From Candidatus Micrarchaeota archaeon (GTDB taxonomy: Archaea; Micrarchaeota; Micrarchaeia; Anstonellales; J096), in contig JALWQW010000003.1 of assembly GCA_026982895.1 (NCBI GenBank), forward strand, positions 10,063 through 74,062: 64,000 bases of DNA. Direction: 5' to 3'. Below are positions 52,540 through 62,900 of the stretch, piece after piece (position 1 is the first letter of the stretch; each line of letters begins with the position of its first letter). A program made the position numbers and the translations under genes. The notes under the pieces were generated by a model. The model was given only the letters and a program-made list of their open reading frames with translations, made no database searches and was not told the origin of the DNA.

Positions 52540-53649
52540 GTGCCCCGCATAGCCCAACTGCCCTTACACACAGGAAAAGCGCCTTATTGGTTGTTCTCGC
52601 GCATGAAGAGTTTAGCAGGTATTCTAGCAGAATGGATAGAAGAGGAATATGGTCCTGAAAAACTTATAGAGCGCTTAGCTGACCCTTTATGGTTTCAAGC
52701 ATTTGCTCTTGTCCTTGGCTTTGATTGGCATAGTTCTGGCACTACGACGACGGCCATAGGGGCGTTGCGCGAAGGTTATAAAGGCGAAGCTTTACACATC
52801 ATTGGCGGAAAGGGAAAGCTGAGCAGAGAAGTCTCTAAATTGAAAGAGGATTTTTCTGAAAGGGCTGTACTGCCTCATGCTCTTTTCTCAAAGGCCCTCA
52901 TAGATGGATACAGTATTTATTTTGCTTCTGCAATACACGACGGAAAGCGCTTTGTAGTTATAGACCAAGGCATGAATGACACTCTTGGTTATGCCCGCCG
53001 TTATCATTGGTATTCTGAATTTTCCCCCTACGAAGAGAAGGAGAATATTGCAGGTCTAGAGGACATTGCCCTGAATACAATAAGCAAACGGTCTCGCAGG
53101 CTCAGAAAGGCTATGGTTGATGCTGTGAATGAAGGCGATATATTAAAAGTCGGAGCTGATATAAAAGGCATATTCAAAGCAGCCTCAAAAGATGGAGTTA
53201 AGCAGAAAACTCTCTTAGATTATAGCAAAGATGACGAGCTTGTCCTATCCTTACCTAAGCGTCATTGGATAAGGCCAACTGATTTATCTAAGAAGGACCT
53301 TACACTATTCAAAGCGCTTCGCGAATACAAACCGAGCAGCTATGATGAACTTCTTCTCTTTGAAGGTTTTGGGGCTAAGAAGGTCAGGGCATTGGCGCTT
53401 ATAGCCAAGCTTGTATATGGAGAAGAGATAGATTGGAAAGACCCTGTTAAATATAGCTATGCTCATGGTGGCAAAGACGGTATTCCCTACCCTGTCAATA
53501 GAGGCTTATATGATGCAAATATTTCATTGCTTAGAGAGGTATTAGAGGATGCAAAGGTTAAGGAAGGGGAGAAGAAAAAAGCCCTTCGTCGCTTATACAC
53601 ATTTACTAAAAAGGTTGAGCAACAGGTTGAAAAACAATCTCGCGATTGA
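52540..53649 (+). CDS. DUF763-like archaeal protein
   Basis: The N-terminus 'PLHTGKAPYWLF...WHSSGTTTTA' recalls the DUF763 family. This is recalled from memory and not verified. Confidence 0.4.
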   Translation: MPRIAQLPLHTGKAPYWLFSRMKSLAGILAEWIEEEYGPEKLIERLADPLWFQAFALVLGFDWHSSGTTTTAIGALREGYKGEALHIIGGKGKLSREVSKLKEDFSERAVLPHALFSKALIDGYSIYFASAIHDGKRFVVIDQGMNDTLGYARRYHWYSEFSPYEEKENIAGLEDIALNTISKRSRRLRKAMVDAVNEGDILKVGADIKGIFKAASKDGVKQKTLLDYSKDDELVLSLPKRHWIRPTDLSKKDLTLFKALREYKPSSYDELLLFEGFGAKKVRALALIAKLVYGEEIDWKDPVKYSYAHGGKDGIPYPVNRGLYDANISLLREVLEDAKVKEGEKKKALRRLYTFTKKVEQQVEKQSRD

Positions 53650-54459
53650 TTATACTGCTTTAGCAACTATGCCTTGAACTCTCTTATTGTATTTGATAAC
53701 ATGCCAACCTGTTTCTTCCAATCTCTCTCTTATGCGCTCTTCAATATTGTAGCCCTTTTTTTCTTTCACGCTTCCTATATAGTGGTAGAGCAACGCTCCC
53801 TTCTTTGCGGCTCTGCGGAGGGCCTTGTAGAAAGGGCGGGAGTAAAGAGCTTCTGCTACGCGCATAGATGGCGGGTCATGGATAATTTTTGTAAATTCTC
53901 CTTTGTATTTCATAATCTCTTCGTTTATGTCGCTGTTTATTATTTCTATGTGTGGGTTTTTAAACAACTCTTTGCTGTATGGATTCCACTCTGCTATATC
54001 GAGCACTGCTGGGCTTATTTCATAACTAACAACCTTCTTTGCCTTTTTTGCCAATAAACGCGTTATATATCCTTGGCCAAAACATGTTTCTAAAACCACA
54101 TCTTTCTCCTCAATATTCAAAAGCTCTACCACTCTTTTCGCATAGTCGAAAGGGCTTCCTGCTGAGAATACATGCATCCTTATGCCATTGATTTCGAGCG
54201 TTGGGTAGTCCTTAATCATTTTAAGCGCGTAGTAACCATTGTTGAAGGTTGCGAGCTTGAAGAGTTGCTTTCCGTCATAGACATGAATTGTGTTGTCTCT
54301 TACGCGTTTTAGCGTCTCTTCACCTATTTCATCCCTGAGAGTATCTATGTCTTTTTCTTCAACCGTTAAGCCGAGGTCTAAGCTTATCTTGGTCTTCCCC
54401 TTTCCTTTCAATATTTGCTCTGCCAAATCTTTGTAAAGGTAGTAAATCATCCTTGCCAT
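53650..54459 (-). CDS. Class I SAM-dependent methyltransferase with a DPP motif (probably an RNA m2G/m6A-type N-methyltransferase)
   Basis: Motif I 'VLETCFGQGY'. Motif IV 'IIHDPP'. The start is taken as the ATG at 54459. Confidence 0.5.
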   Translation of the reverse strand: MARMIYYLYKDLAEQILKGKGKTKISLDLGLTVEEKDIDTLRDEIGEETLKRVRDNTIHVYDGKQLFKLATFNNGYYALKMIKDYPTLEINGIRMHVFSAGSPFDYAKRVVELLNIEEKDVVLETCFGQGYITRLLAKKAKKVVSYEISPAVLDIAEWNPYSKELFKNPHIEIINSDINEEIMKYKGEFTKIIHDPPSMRVAEALYSRPFYKALRRAAKKGALLYHYIGSVKEKKGYNIEERIRERLEETGWHVIKYNKRVQGIVAKAV

Positions 54460-54555
54460 ATGAATAGAAAAGCTTAAAACACACTCATTTTTAAACATTA
54501 CTATACACTATATTATGTATTAACAAATGGTTAGCTGTGGCAATGAGATGATTTT

Positions 54556-54849
54556 ATGATAGGTGGGCAGGAAAAGATGAGGGAACGGTTGCCAAAATCG
54601 GCACAGAAGGAGAAGCTGGAAGAGGCCATCATCCGTAATCTTATAACGAGCGCCTTGAAACGCATCTCCTCTCAAACGCTGCCCAATACAACCACCAAAA
54701 GTTTTTTAGAAACTGTTGAAAGACTAAATTCTTCTTCAAATAGAATAACTCTGCCTGCAACCGTTGCTCGCGATTTTCTTCGCTTGTATGAAAAAGCGCG
54801 TAGAGATGCTGAGGGCTCCACTCTTAAGCCCGCTAGGAAATTCCGCTGA
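54556..54849 (+). CDS. Small hypothetical protein
   Basis: 97-aa ORF, basic, no motifs. Confidence 0.3.
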   Translation: MIGGQEKMRERLPKSAQKEKLEEAIIRNLITSALKRISSQTLPNTTTKSFLETVERLNSSSNRITLPATVARDFLRLYEKARRDAEGSTLKPARKFR

Positions 54850-54891
54850 TTGGCATATCCTTTTTAAGCTCTTCCCATTAAAGCGGCACAC

Positions 54892-55119
54892 ATGATTGTT
54901 ATTGATCATGATGCCTGTATTTTTTGTGGAGGTTGTTCATCAGTATGTCCAGCCTCTGCCATAGAGTTGAAAGGCACAAGAGTTGCTACATATCCAGAGA
55001 AGTGCATCGATTGCGGATTGTGTGTTAAGGCCTGTCCAGCAAATGTCATTGAGATGTTTAAGGGTATAAAGCGCGTCGAGGACCTGCCCGAAGAGGTTAG
55101 GAAGAAATATGGGGTGTGA
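54892..55119 (+). CDS. 2x[4Fe-4S] ferredoxin
   Basis: Two cluster-binding motifs: 'CIFCGGCSSVCP' and 'CIDCGLCVKACP'. Confidence 0.75.
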   Translation: MIVIDHDACIFCGGCSSVCPASAIELKGTRVATYPEKCIDCGLCVKACPANVIEMFKGIKRVEDLPEEVRKKYGV

Positions 55120-56342
55120 TTATGCACGATATGGAAGTTGATGTTGCTGTTGTAGGGGCTGGGCCTGCTGGTTCGACATTTGCGAGAATAGCTGCTCAGG
55201 CTGGTTTGGAGGTAGTTGTATTCGATAAGAGGAAAGAATTAGGCAATCCAGTGCGCTGCGGTGAGGGTTTGGGTGTAGCAGAGCCCATGCGCGAAGGCTT
55301 GGAGCTGCCTAGATACGCTTATTCTGTCGAGATATATGGAGCCAAGGTTGTAGCCCCGAATGGAAAGGAAATCATTATGCGTAACGAAAATACAAGGGGC
55401 TGGGTTTTAGAGAGGAAGTATTTTGATAAGTGGTTAGGCGAGCTTGCAGTAGATAAAGGCGCTAAGATTTATGCCTACCATCGCGTCTTTGATGCCAAGA
55501 AGGAAGATGACGGCGTTACACTAAGCGTTATGGATGAAAATGACAAAGTGAGTCATGTCAAGGCTAAGCTTGTCATCTCTGCAGAAGGTATGGAGGCGCT
55601 CACTGCTAGGAAGCTTGGTTTCCCCACTATTCATCGCCTCTATGATGTTGATACCTGCTACCAATACGAGATGAAGCCCTACGACCATGAAAACCTCATA
55701 GAGCTTTATTTTGGCAATAAGATAGCTCCTCGTGGGTATGTTTGGGTCTTTCCCAAGGCTGCTAGAAAAGCTAATGTCGGTATAGGTATAGGCGCTCATC
55801 TGATAACCGGACAAAAGAGGGGTGGTTTGGATGGAGCGACGCCCAAGGTCTTCCTCGACGAGTTCATTGTTAACAATGACCAATTGAAGGAAGCGAGCAA
55901 GCTTCTGGACTTCGGTGGTGTCATCAGCGTTGGCGCTCCTATAGACCGATTCGTCGATGATAGAGTTATGGTAATAGGCACTGCCGCCAAACAAGTAGAC
56001 CCTATCCATGGTGGTGGTATCGAGTTGGCCATGCACGCCGGTACGCTTGCAGCCGATGCTGCTATAAAGGCCTTCGAAAAGAACGATTTTAGCAAAGACA
56101 TGCTTTACAATGGATATGAGAAGCCGTGGAGAGATAGCAGGGGTGCAGAATTAGACCTTCGCCTCAGGCTTAGAAAGGCTCTTGAAGCGCTCAGTGATGA
56201 TGACTTAAATTATATTTTCGAAGCTGTGAGCGGCAATGAGCTTTTGGATGTGATGGCTGGTAATGTGGCTCCTGTTGTGGCTAAGGTCTTAAAAGGCAGG
56301 CCTTCCCTATTGAAAGTTCTTGGTCCCCTTGTAAAGGGCTGA
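55116..56342 (+). CDS. Geranylgeranyl reductase family flavoprotein (digeranylgeranylglycerophospholipid reductase-like)
   Basis: FAD-binding 'DVAVVGAGPAGS'. 'RCGEGL' and 'GDAA'-like 'VIGTAAKQVDPIHGGGIELAMHAG' are present. The start overlaps the ferredoxin stop. Confidence 0.8.
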   Translation: MIMHDMEVDVAVVGAGPAGSTFARIAAQAGLEVVVFDKRKELGNPVRCGEGLGVAEPMREGLELPRYAYSVEIYGAKVVAPNGKEIIMRNENTRGWVLERKYFDKWLGELAVDKGAKIYAYHRVFDAKKEDDGVTLSVMDENDKVSHVKAKLVISAEGMEALTARKLGFPTIHRLYDVDTCYQYEMKPYDHENLIELYFGNKIAPRGYVWVFPKAARKANVGIGIGAHLITGQKRGGLDGATPKVFLDEFIVNNDQLKEASKLLDFGGVISVGAPIDRFVDDRVMVIGTAAKQVDPIHGGGIELAMHAGTLAADAAIKAFEKNDFSKDMLYNGYEKPWRDSRGAELDLRLRLRKALEALSDDDLNYIFEAVSGNELLDVMAGNVAPVVAKVLKGRPSLLKVLGPLVKG

Positions 56343-56357
56343 GTAGAAGATGAGATT

Positions 56358-56642
56358 ATGGATAAAGAGGAGCTTCTCAATATAGCGGAGGTTGCTAAAT
56401 TAAGTTTAACCGATGAGGAGGTAGAAGCTCTCATTAAGGATATTGATGCTGTTTTAGCTTACTTTAAATCCATAGACAGGTATGAAGGAGAGGTATTAAC
56501 GCATATTGTAGACGGCAACATGTCTTTAAGGAAAGATAAGCCTGCAAAAGTTTCTGAAGAAAAGGCATTAGTCATAAGGCAGAATTTTGCTAAGTCGAAG
56601 GACAACTTTGCAAGGGTTCCTCGCCAAGGCAAGAAGGTATGA
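56358..56642 (+). CDS. gatC: Asp/Glu-tRNA amidotransferase subunit C
   Basis: 94 aa. 'LSLTDEEVEALIKDIDAVLAYF' is GatC-like. Confidence 0.7.
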   Translation: MDKEELLNIAEVAKLSLTDEEVEALIKDIDAVLAYFKSIDRYEGEVLTHIVDGNMSLRKDKPAKVSEEKALVIRQNFAKSKDNFARVPRQGKKV

Positions 56643-56646
56643 TAAT

Positions 56647-57987
56647 ATGGTTGTCGAGAAAGTTAAGCGTTTCTTAAAAGTGATTGAAGATAAGAATCCG
56701 AAGTTGAATGCCATTCTCCATGTTTTTAGAGATGATGCTATTAAACAGGCTGAAGCTGTCGAACAAAAAATAAATGAAGGAAATGCTGGCAGATTAGCAG
56801 GTTATGTTTTCACTATAAAAAACAACATCGCTATAAAGGGCAAGCCACTGACTGCTGCAAGCAAAGCTTTGGAGCATTACATCTCTCCTTACGATGCTGC
56901 TGTTATAGAGAAGCTTCGAAAAGAAGATGCTGTAATCGTTGGCACGGCTAACATGGATGAGTTCGCAACCGGCAGCGACAGCACGACGAGCGCCTTTGGT
57001 CCCGTTAAGAATGCTATAGATGACGCTTATGTGGCTGGCGGGAGCAGCGGAGGCAGTGCATCAAGTGTGAAGGCGGGGATGGCAGACGCTTCTTTAGGCA
57101 GTGATACTGGTGGCAGCATACGCTGTCCTGCTACTTTTAATGGTGTCGTCGGCTTCAAACCCAGCTATGGCAGAGTGAGTAGGTATGGTTTGGCTGATAT
57201 GGCCATGAGTTTGGACCAAATAGGGCCTATAACAAATACTGTCGAAGATGCAAAGCGCATATATGATGTAATCAATGGAAAGGATGAGAGGGATGTTACA
57301 ACCCATGAATTCCCCACTATGCCTAATAAATCTAATGTTAAGGTCGCTGTCTTAAAGGAGATTGTGGATGGCAGTGATGAACTCGTCAGAGAGTTATTCT
57401 TCAAGGCCCTCGACAAGGCGTCTGTAGAATATGAGCTCGTTTCTGTGCCTGAGGCAAAAGATGTCGTTGCCATTTATTACTTGAATATGTTTGCCGAATT
57501 CAGCTCTGCTATGCAGAAGTATGATGGTGTTCGATATGGCGCTAATAATGCCATGGATGAAGCATCTAATTATTTCGAATTGGCGAAGGTTTTTAGAGGA
57601 GAACATTTTGGTAGGGAGGTTAAGCGCCGCATACTCCTTGGCACATTTATAACGATGAAGGAATTCAAGGATGCTTGGTATATGAAGGCTTTGAAGGCGC
57701 GCGCGCAGTTGAAGGGTAGGGTTGCCAAGGTTTTTGATGAATATGATATTCTATTAACGCCTACAATGCCTGTCTTTCCGTGGAAGATTGGCGAGAAGCA
57801 GCAAGACCCCGTTCAAATGTATACTGCGGATATCGCCACAGCCATAGCTAATCTCACAGGCATTCCAGCAGGCACAGTGCCTTTCTATGATGGGGAGAAG
57901 TTTCCAGTAGGCGTGCAGGTTTTATCTGCTTATGGCAGTGATGATGCTGTTCTTGATTATATGGCAAGATTAGAATCATCCTTTTAG
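56647..57987 (+). CDS. gatA: Asp/Glu-tRNA amidotransferase subunit A (amidase signature)
   Basis: 'GGSSGGSASSV' and 'GSDTGGSIRCPA' amidase-signature motifs. The ATG at 56647 is 5 nt after the gatC stop. Confidence 0.8.
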   Translation: MVVEKVKRFLKVIEDKNPKLNAILHVFRDDAIKQAEAVEQKINEGNAGRLAGYVFTIKNNIAIKGKPLTAASKALEHYISPYDAAVIEKLRKEDAVIVGTANMDEFATGSDSTTSAFGPVKNAIDDAYVAGGSSGGSASSVKAGMADASLGSDTGGSIRCPATFNGVVGFKPSYGRVSRYGLADMAMSLDQIGPITNTVEDAKRIYDVINGKDERDVTTHEFPTMPNKSNVKVAVLKEIVDGSDELVRELFFKALDKASVEYELVSVPEAKDVVAIYYLNMFAEFSSAMQKYDGVRYGANNAMDEASNYFELAKVFRGEHFGREVKRRILLGTFITMKEFKDAWYMKALKARAQLKGRVAKVFDEYDILLTPTMPVFPWKIGEKQQDPVQMYTADIATAIANLTGIPAGTVPFYDGEKFPVGVQVLSAYGSDDAVLDYMARLESSF

Positions 57988-58151
57988 AGTTTTGGCAATA
58001 CTTACTCATAGATTTTATGCTATTTATTAAATGTATTTATTAAATGTATTTAATATATTCGCTTATTTCCACCTCGATAAGCGTTAGTGAATAGTGGCAA
58101 TGTAAGGGGATATGTTTTTTAGTGTTAATAACTTATAGACGACCAATTAAT

Positions 58152-58164
58152 CTTTTTAAATAAC
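58152..58164 (+). promoter_or_regulatory. Putative TATA box for ftsZ
   Basis: 'CTTTTTAAATAAC' lies about 50 nt upstream of the ATG. 'GGAGG' sits at 58200-58204 as a Shine-Dalgarno-like site. Confidence 0.3.
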
Positions 58165-58210
58165 TTGTGTTCGAGGTTTAATTGGGCCAGTCCTGCCCGG
58201 AGGAATAGGA

Positions 58211-59290
58211 ATGGAAGATTTAATCAAGAATGTCCTGGGTGACAAGGGTAGTGAAAGCAGCCGTGATGACGGCGTTATGAGCAACGACCAGATAAAAATT
58301 GTAACCGTCGGTGTCGGTGGTGGTGGAAACAACACCATAAACCGTTTGATAAAGTTTGGCGTCAAGGGCTCTGATTTAGTAGCCATAAACACAGACCAGG
58401 AACACTTGAACATCATAAACGACAAGGCAAAGAAGGTGCTTATAGGAAAATCCATAACAAAAGGTTTAGGCGCTGGCGGCTTCCCTGAAATGGGTGAAAA
58501 AGCTGCTGAAGTTGATAAACCCCTTATTCGCGAAATTTTGGAAGGCGCCCAACTCGTATTCATATGTGCTGGTATGGGTGGTGGAACCGGTGGTGGTGCT
58601 GCCCCTGTTGTAGCTGAAGTAGCAAAGGAGATGGGTGCTATAACAATAGCAATGGTTACCTATCCATTCAAGCTCGAAAAGGCCCGCCGCAAGAAGGCTG
58701 ATGAGAGCATAAAGAAGCTCCGCAAATATGCAGATAGCGTAGTTATCTTAGATAACAACCGTTTGGTTGAGCTCTTCCCCAATCTTCGCATAACCGAGGC
58801 TTTCTCTGTCGCTGATGAGATTTTAGCTAGGGCTATTGGTGGCCTTGTTTGGACAATAACCCAGCCCAGCTTAATCAACATCGACTTCGCGGATGTGAGA
58901 AGCATTATGCAAGGTGGCGGCGTTGGCTTCATAGCTGTCGGTGAAGGTAGAGGTAATGAGAAGGTTAGACAAGCTGCTGAAGGTGTTGTCAAGAACCGTC
59001 TCTTGGATGTCGATTTCGAAGGGGCTAAAGGTGCTTTAATCCACATAACAGGTGGAACTGACTTAACCCTTGGCGATGCCATACAAGCTGGTGAGCACAT
59101 CACAGAGAAGATGGACCCTGACGCTAATGTCAAGTGGGGCGCTCGCATAATGGACAACTATGAAGGCAAGCTCGAGATTGTTGCCATCGTAAGCGGTGTT
59201 AAAGGCGCGAGTATAGCTGGGCAAGCTATGGAGCCGGAAGAGAGCACCCTTTATTTAAGCAGCTCGCCAACTGGCTTGGATACCCTCTGA
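58211..59290 (+). CDS. ftsZ: Cell-division GTPase FtsZ (tubulin/FtsZ family)
   Basis: 'GVGGGGNNTINR' and 'NTDQEHL' (NTDaQaL). T7 loop 'GMGGGTGGGAAPVVA'. 359 aa. Confidence 0.75.
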   Translation: MEDLIKNVLGDKGSESSRDDGVMSNDQIKIVTVGVGGGGNNTINRLIKFGVKGSDLVAINTDQEHLNIINDKAKKVLIGKSITKGLGAGGFPEMGEKAAEVDKPLIREILEGAQLVFICAGMGGGTGGGAAPVVAEVAKEMGAITIAMVTYPFKLEKARRKKADESIKKLRKYADSVVILDNNRLVELFPNLRITEAFSVADEILARAIGGLVWTITQPSLINIDFADVRSIMQGGGVGFIAVGEGRGNEKVRQAAEGVVKNRLLDVDFEGAKGALIHITGGTDLTLGDAIQAGEHITEKMDPDANVKWGARIMDNYEGKLEIVAIVSGVKGASIAGQAMEPEESTLYLSSSPTGLDTL

Positions 59291-59335
59291 TTTTCTTTTT
59301 TTACCTTTTTCTTTTGTTGGTTTTTACTTTTCCTT
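59291..59335 (+). terminator. Oligo-T rich region downstream of ftsZ (archaeal intrinsic terminator candidate)
   Basis: 'TTTTCTTTTTTTACCTTTTTCTTTTGTTGGTTTTTACTTTTCC' lies immediately after the stop codon. Confidence 0.35.
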
Positions 59336-59417
59336 TGATCTAGAGATGTTTATTTGAATTGGTAGGGTATGGGTTGAAAGGTTAATGTTTTAAACACTTC
59401 ACCACACAAATATAAAC

Positions 59418-59897
59418 ATGACACGAATAACCAAAGAGCAGAAAAGCAAGGGGAAGGACAAAGGCAAGCCCACCCTTCCAGAGGAGGCTTTCTCCGAAGA
59501 AAGGATTAGTAAACCTTTGCTTAAGCGCATTCCTGAAAAGATAGAGAACTTCGTGAGGATCACAGACGAGGATGAGATTAAGAGGATTGAGGAGAACATA
59601 GAAGCGAAGACACGCATAGCTGAGATGGCAGGATTTAAGCTCAGAAGAGTCCCAGGCAGCTGGTTGGTGACCTTCCCCCTTGAAGGAAAGGAAAAGATCA
59701 TATTCCAAGCCAACGAGAGTAGGACAGATAAGAACTCAAAGGTTATTGGCATCGAGCATGTAGAAGATAAATTGCTAATCTATATAAGGCAGGATTATTC
59801 CACTGGGCAGAAGTATTATTATGCCTTTCCCGCTGACCTAAATAAACGATTAAGGCCTTACGAGTATGTGGGCTGGGTAAACTTGGACATGCTCTAA
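59418..59897 (+). CDS. Hypothetical protein
   Basis: 159-aa ORF with a K-rich N-terminus and no motifs. Confidence 0.4.
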   Translation: MTRITKEQKSKGKDKGKPTLPEEAFSEERISKPLLKRIPEKIENFVRITDEDEIKRIEENIEAKTRIAEMAGFKLRRVPGSWLVTFPLEGKEKIIFQANESRTDKNSKVIGIEHVEDKLLIYIRQDYSTGQKYYYAFPADLNKRLRPYEYVGWVNLDML

Positions 59898-59911
59898 CCC
59901 TTACCATTAAG

Positions 59912-62900
59912 CTAGCCTTCAAGGCAGAGTGCTTCCATCATTAACACGAGCATGGCCTTTTTATCCGCTTCTATGCTAAAGGGCTTCTGGAACTTCGAAA
60001 GGTTCTCAACTACCTTTTCATATAAACTCTTATCACCTTTCCAGGTCTCTATAATTTTGCTAGCCTTTCTCCTTATATCTGAGTTACTACCAAACCTTGA
60101 AAGCACCCATATCTCTCCTATAAATTCATCTTGCAATTCGAATCTCTCAATAAGTTCGAGACCACGTCTTACTATAGATTCCTTGCTTTTCAGCATCTTT
60201 CCTAGAATCAGGGCCATTCTTTCTTTCTCCTTTTTCGTCATATTCGAGTAGAGCTTTTTTGGCTCCTCGGCCCATCGCTCACCTAAAGCCTCCCTTACTC
60301 TTACCCGCACGCCTTCTGATCCATAGGTCTTCCAACCTCCATACCTCACAATCATCCAAAGAAGGGCCAATTCGGGGAAAAATTCTTCTTGAATTCCGCT
60401 CTCCTCGATGAACTCCACCACCGGTCGCATATAAGATTTATCCAGCTCTCCTTTGAATACCCTCATAAATACGTCTCTGAAATTCTCTTCGATGAGTTCT
60501 CTTTCTCCCTTACTTGCTTGCTTGTACACCTCTCTTGCTTCCTCTTTGTCTCCATACGCATACAATTCATAGGGGAGGAGTTCTTTTTCCAAACCCAACT
60601 CTTTTGCCATGCTTGACCCTAAGCCTCTAACCTCTTTTTTCTCACTGAGAAGGTACCTTCGCACTTTATTTTTTATTTCATCCTTCTCTTTACCTTCGAG
60701 CCCCATATAAATATCCTTCAGAGACTTTTTACCAAGCTCTTCATGGCTTTTCCAAGCCCATTCTCCTGCCCATGTTGTAAAGGAGAGGAAGATAAGCTCC
60801 CGAAGGAATTGCTTCTGCAGATGGAGCTCTCCTATCAAAAGAGCCCGTGTTGTGTTGGATGTCTCTGCACTACCGATGGTCTCTAAAATCTTCTTGGCCA
60901 GCTCAACATTCTCTCTCTTAACTACCTCCAGAGGCTCTTCATTCTTGCTAAGGTGCCAATCTCTCCAGTATACTAGAGTTTCGTGGACGGATGCCCTTAA
61001 AGAGTTCTTTCCTTCCCACTCTCTAGTTATTGCTATCTCTACTAATGAAGGAAGAATCCAATCTTGAAGGTCAAAGTCCATAGTGAGACGGAAGCCATGA
61101 TCTCTTGTTTTTGTTATTGGCGATTGGATATCCTTTTTTACCTCTTCTATAAGCTCTTGGGCTAACTTTGGCTCCTTCTCCATGATTATGTCTATGGGCC
61201 TCTTGCCTTTTTTGAGGAGCTCATCCTTCCAAGAAAGGAAATCTTCTCTTACATCTGCATCTCTTCTATCGAATTGAACAAACTCTGCCAAAAATTCCTC
61301 CTCTATACCCAAGGAACGGATAAGGGTAGCACCTATTTCATAATGTGTCCATCTTAAGCCCCCCTTTTCTTCCTGAGCCCAGGCTCTTATCCTCTTGATG
61401 ATTTCATCGGCTAACTTAGGATCCTCTTCCCTTACCACATCTATAAGCCTTCTCCCTTCCTCTTTCACTTCTTTGCCTACAGAAAAGAGTATCTCTCTCA
61501 AATTATTAAGGTCGCCTGAGTAGAGCTCCTCAACCTTGTCCGAAAGAAGAAATTCTAATATGTCTCTAAGCATTACTTTGCCCATGCCTAACTCTTTTAT
61601 TGCGAATATTGCTAGTTCTATATGCCTCTTTAGAACGGTTCCTTCTTTGCTCTCTTCCTTTAGCCACTTAGGTATCTTCTCCCTCATTTTCTCTTCGAAT
61701 AGGTCTTTGAAAGAAGTGCTGCGAATAAACCTGATAACATTTTTCCCTTTTTCTATATCGAGGCTCTCTAAATCGTTTATTAAGTTGATAATATCCTTTT
61801 GAAGGATTTCTGTCATGCCGAAGAGAAGAGCTAATTGAATGCCCCATTTTTGCTCCTTTACATCTTTGCTCATGAGGTGCCTCCTAACGTTCGCTGTTAG
61901 TTTCGCTAACAATTCTTTATCCTCTCCTTCCGAGAGCGCGTTGTAGAGAGTTTTTCCTTTAAGGCGCTCTTTCCACTCCTCGAAAGTCTTTATTATCAGA
62001 ATGTCGACGTTTCCCATATGGAATCTCTTCTCAAGTAATATCTCTACAAGCTCCCTAGCATACAGATCTTGAATACCCAAGTCATTAATTACCTTGAGAG
62101 TAGCAGAAGTCTTCTTCCAATCTGAATCCCTCCATTTCTTTATGTAGTCTTTTATTTTTGCTTTTACTCGCTCTTGCTCTTCACTGCTTAGCTGCTTGAA
62201 GAGTTCTTTTAAGTCTGAGCCATCGAAGGCCCCGGCTACAGCGAGCTCTGCAAAAAATTCCTTCCATAAACCTAAGGCCTGCACCATCTTTACTCCAACG
62301 GCTATTCGTTCATCTTCCAGTGTTCTTTGAAGAGGCGCGAAATAGTAACTCTCCAACCTCTCCTCGATTTTATTCATCAAATCACCATACCTTTCTCTTA
62401 TGATCTCTATGGGTTCTCTACCTTTACTCTTTGTTCTTTGACTCCACAAGAGAAGTCCCCCGATAAGAAGGTCTCTCGTCTCCTTTACATCCTCTTTCTC
62501 ATGTGCTTGTAGATCCTCGATAGTAAGGAAGGCATCGAGAACACTTCCAACGTTCTCGTCCCTGACCCCGAAATAGCTCACAACCCCAGCAGCCACTCGC
62601 TTTTTCCTTAAATTAATGCTCCGTAACCAGCCTTTCGTGAGCTCCAATAACTCTTCCCTCTCCTCTTCATGAAGAATCTTTTTCCATATCTCTTCTGGTG
62701 CCCTAACATAAAGCTCTGGCTCCTGGTCCCACATATAGTCTGCCTCCTCTCTTATGGGCACTAAAGAATCGTTTCTTAGAAGGATAAGCTCTGGGACAAG
62801 CTTCAGGTGGAGTCTAAACTTATCAATTGCTTGTAGGACAAACCATCTCTTAGCTTCTCTATTGGGGTATTCCTTAGACTCGTAGAAGTCATCTCTCTCC

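Noticed and set aside
55521-56434. Minus-strand ORFs (171, 101 and 74 aa) inside the GGR and gatC region
   Set aside because: They overlap strongly supported plus-strand genes with conserved motifs.
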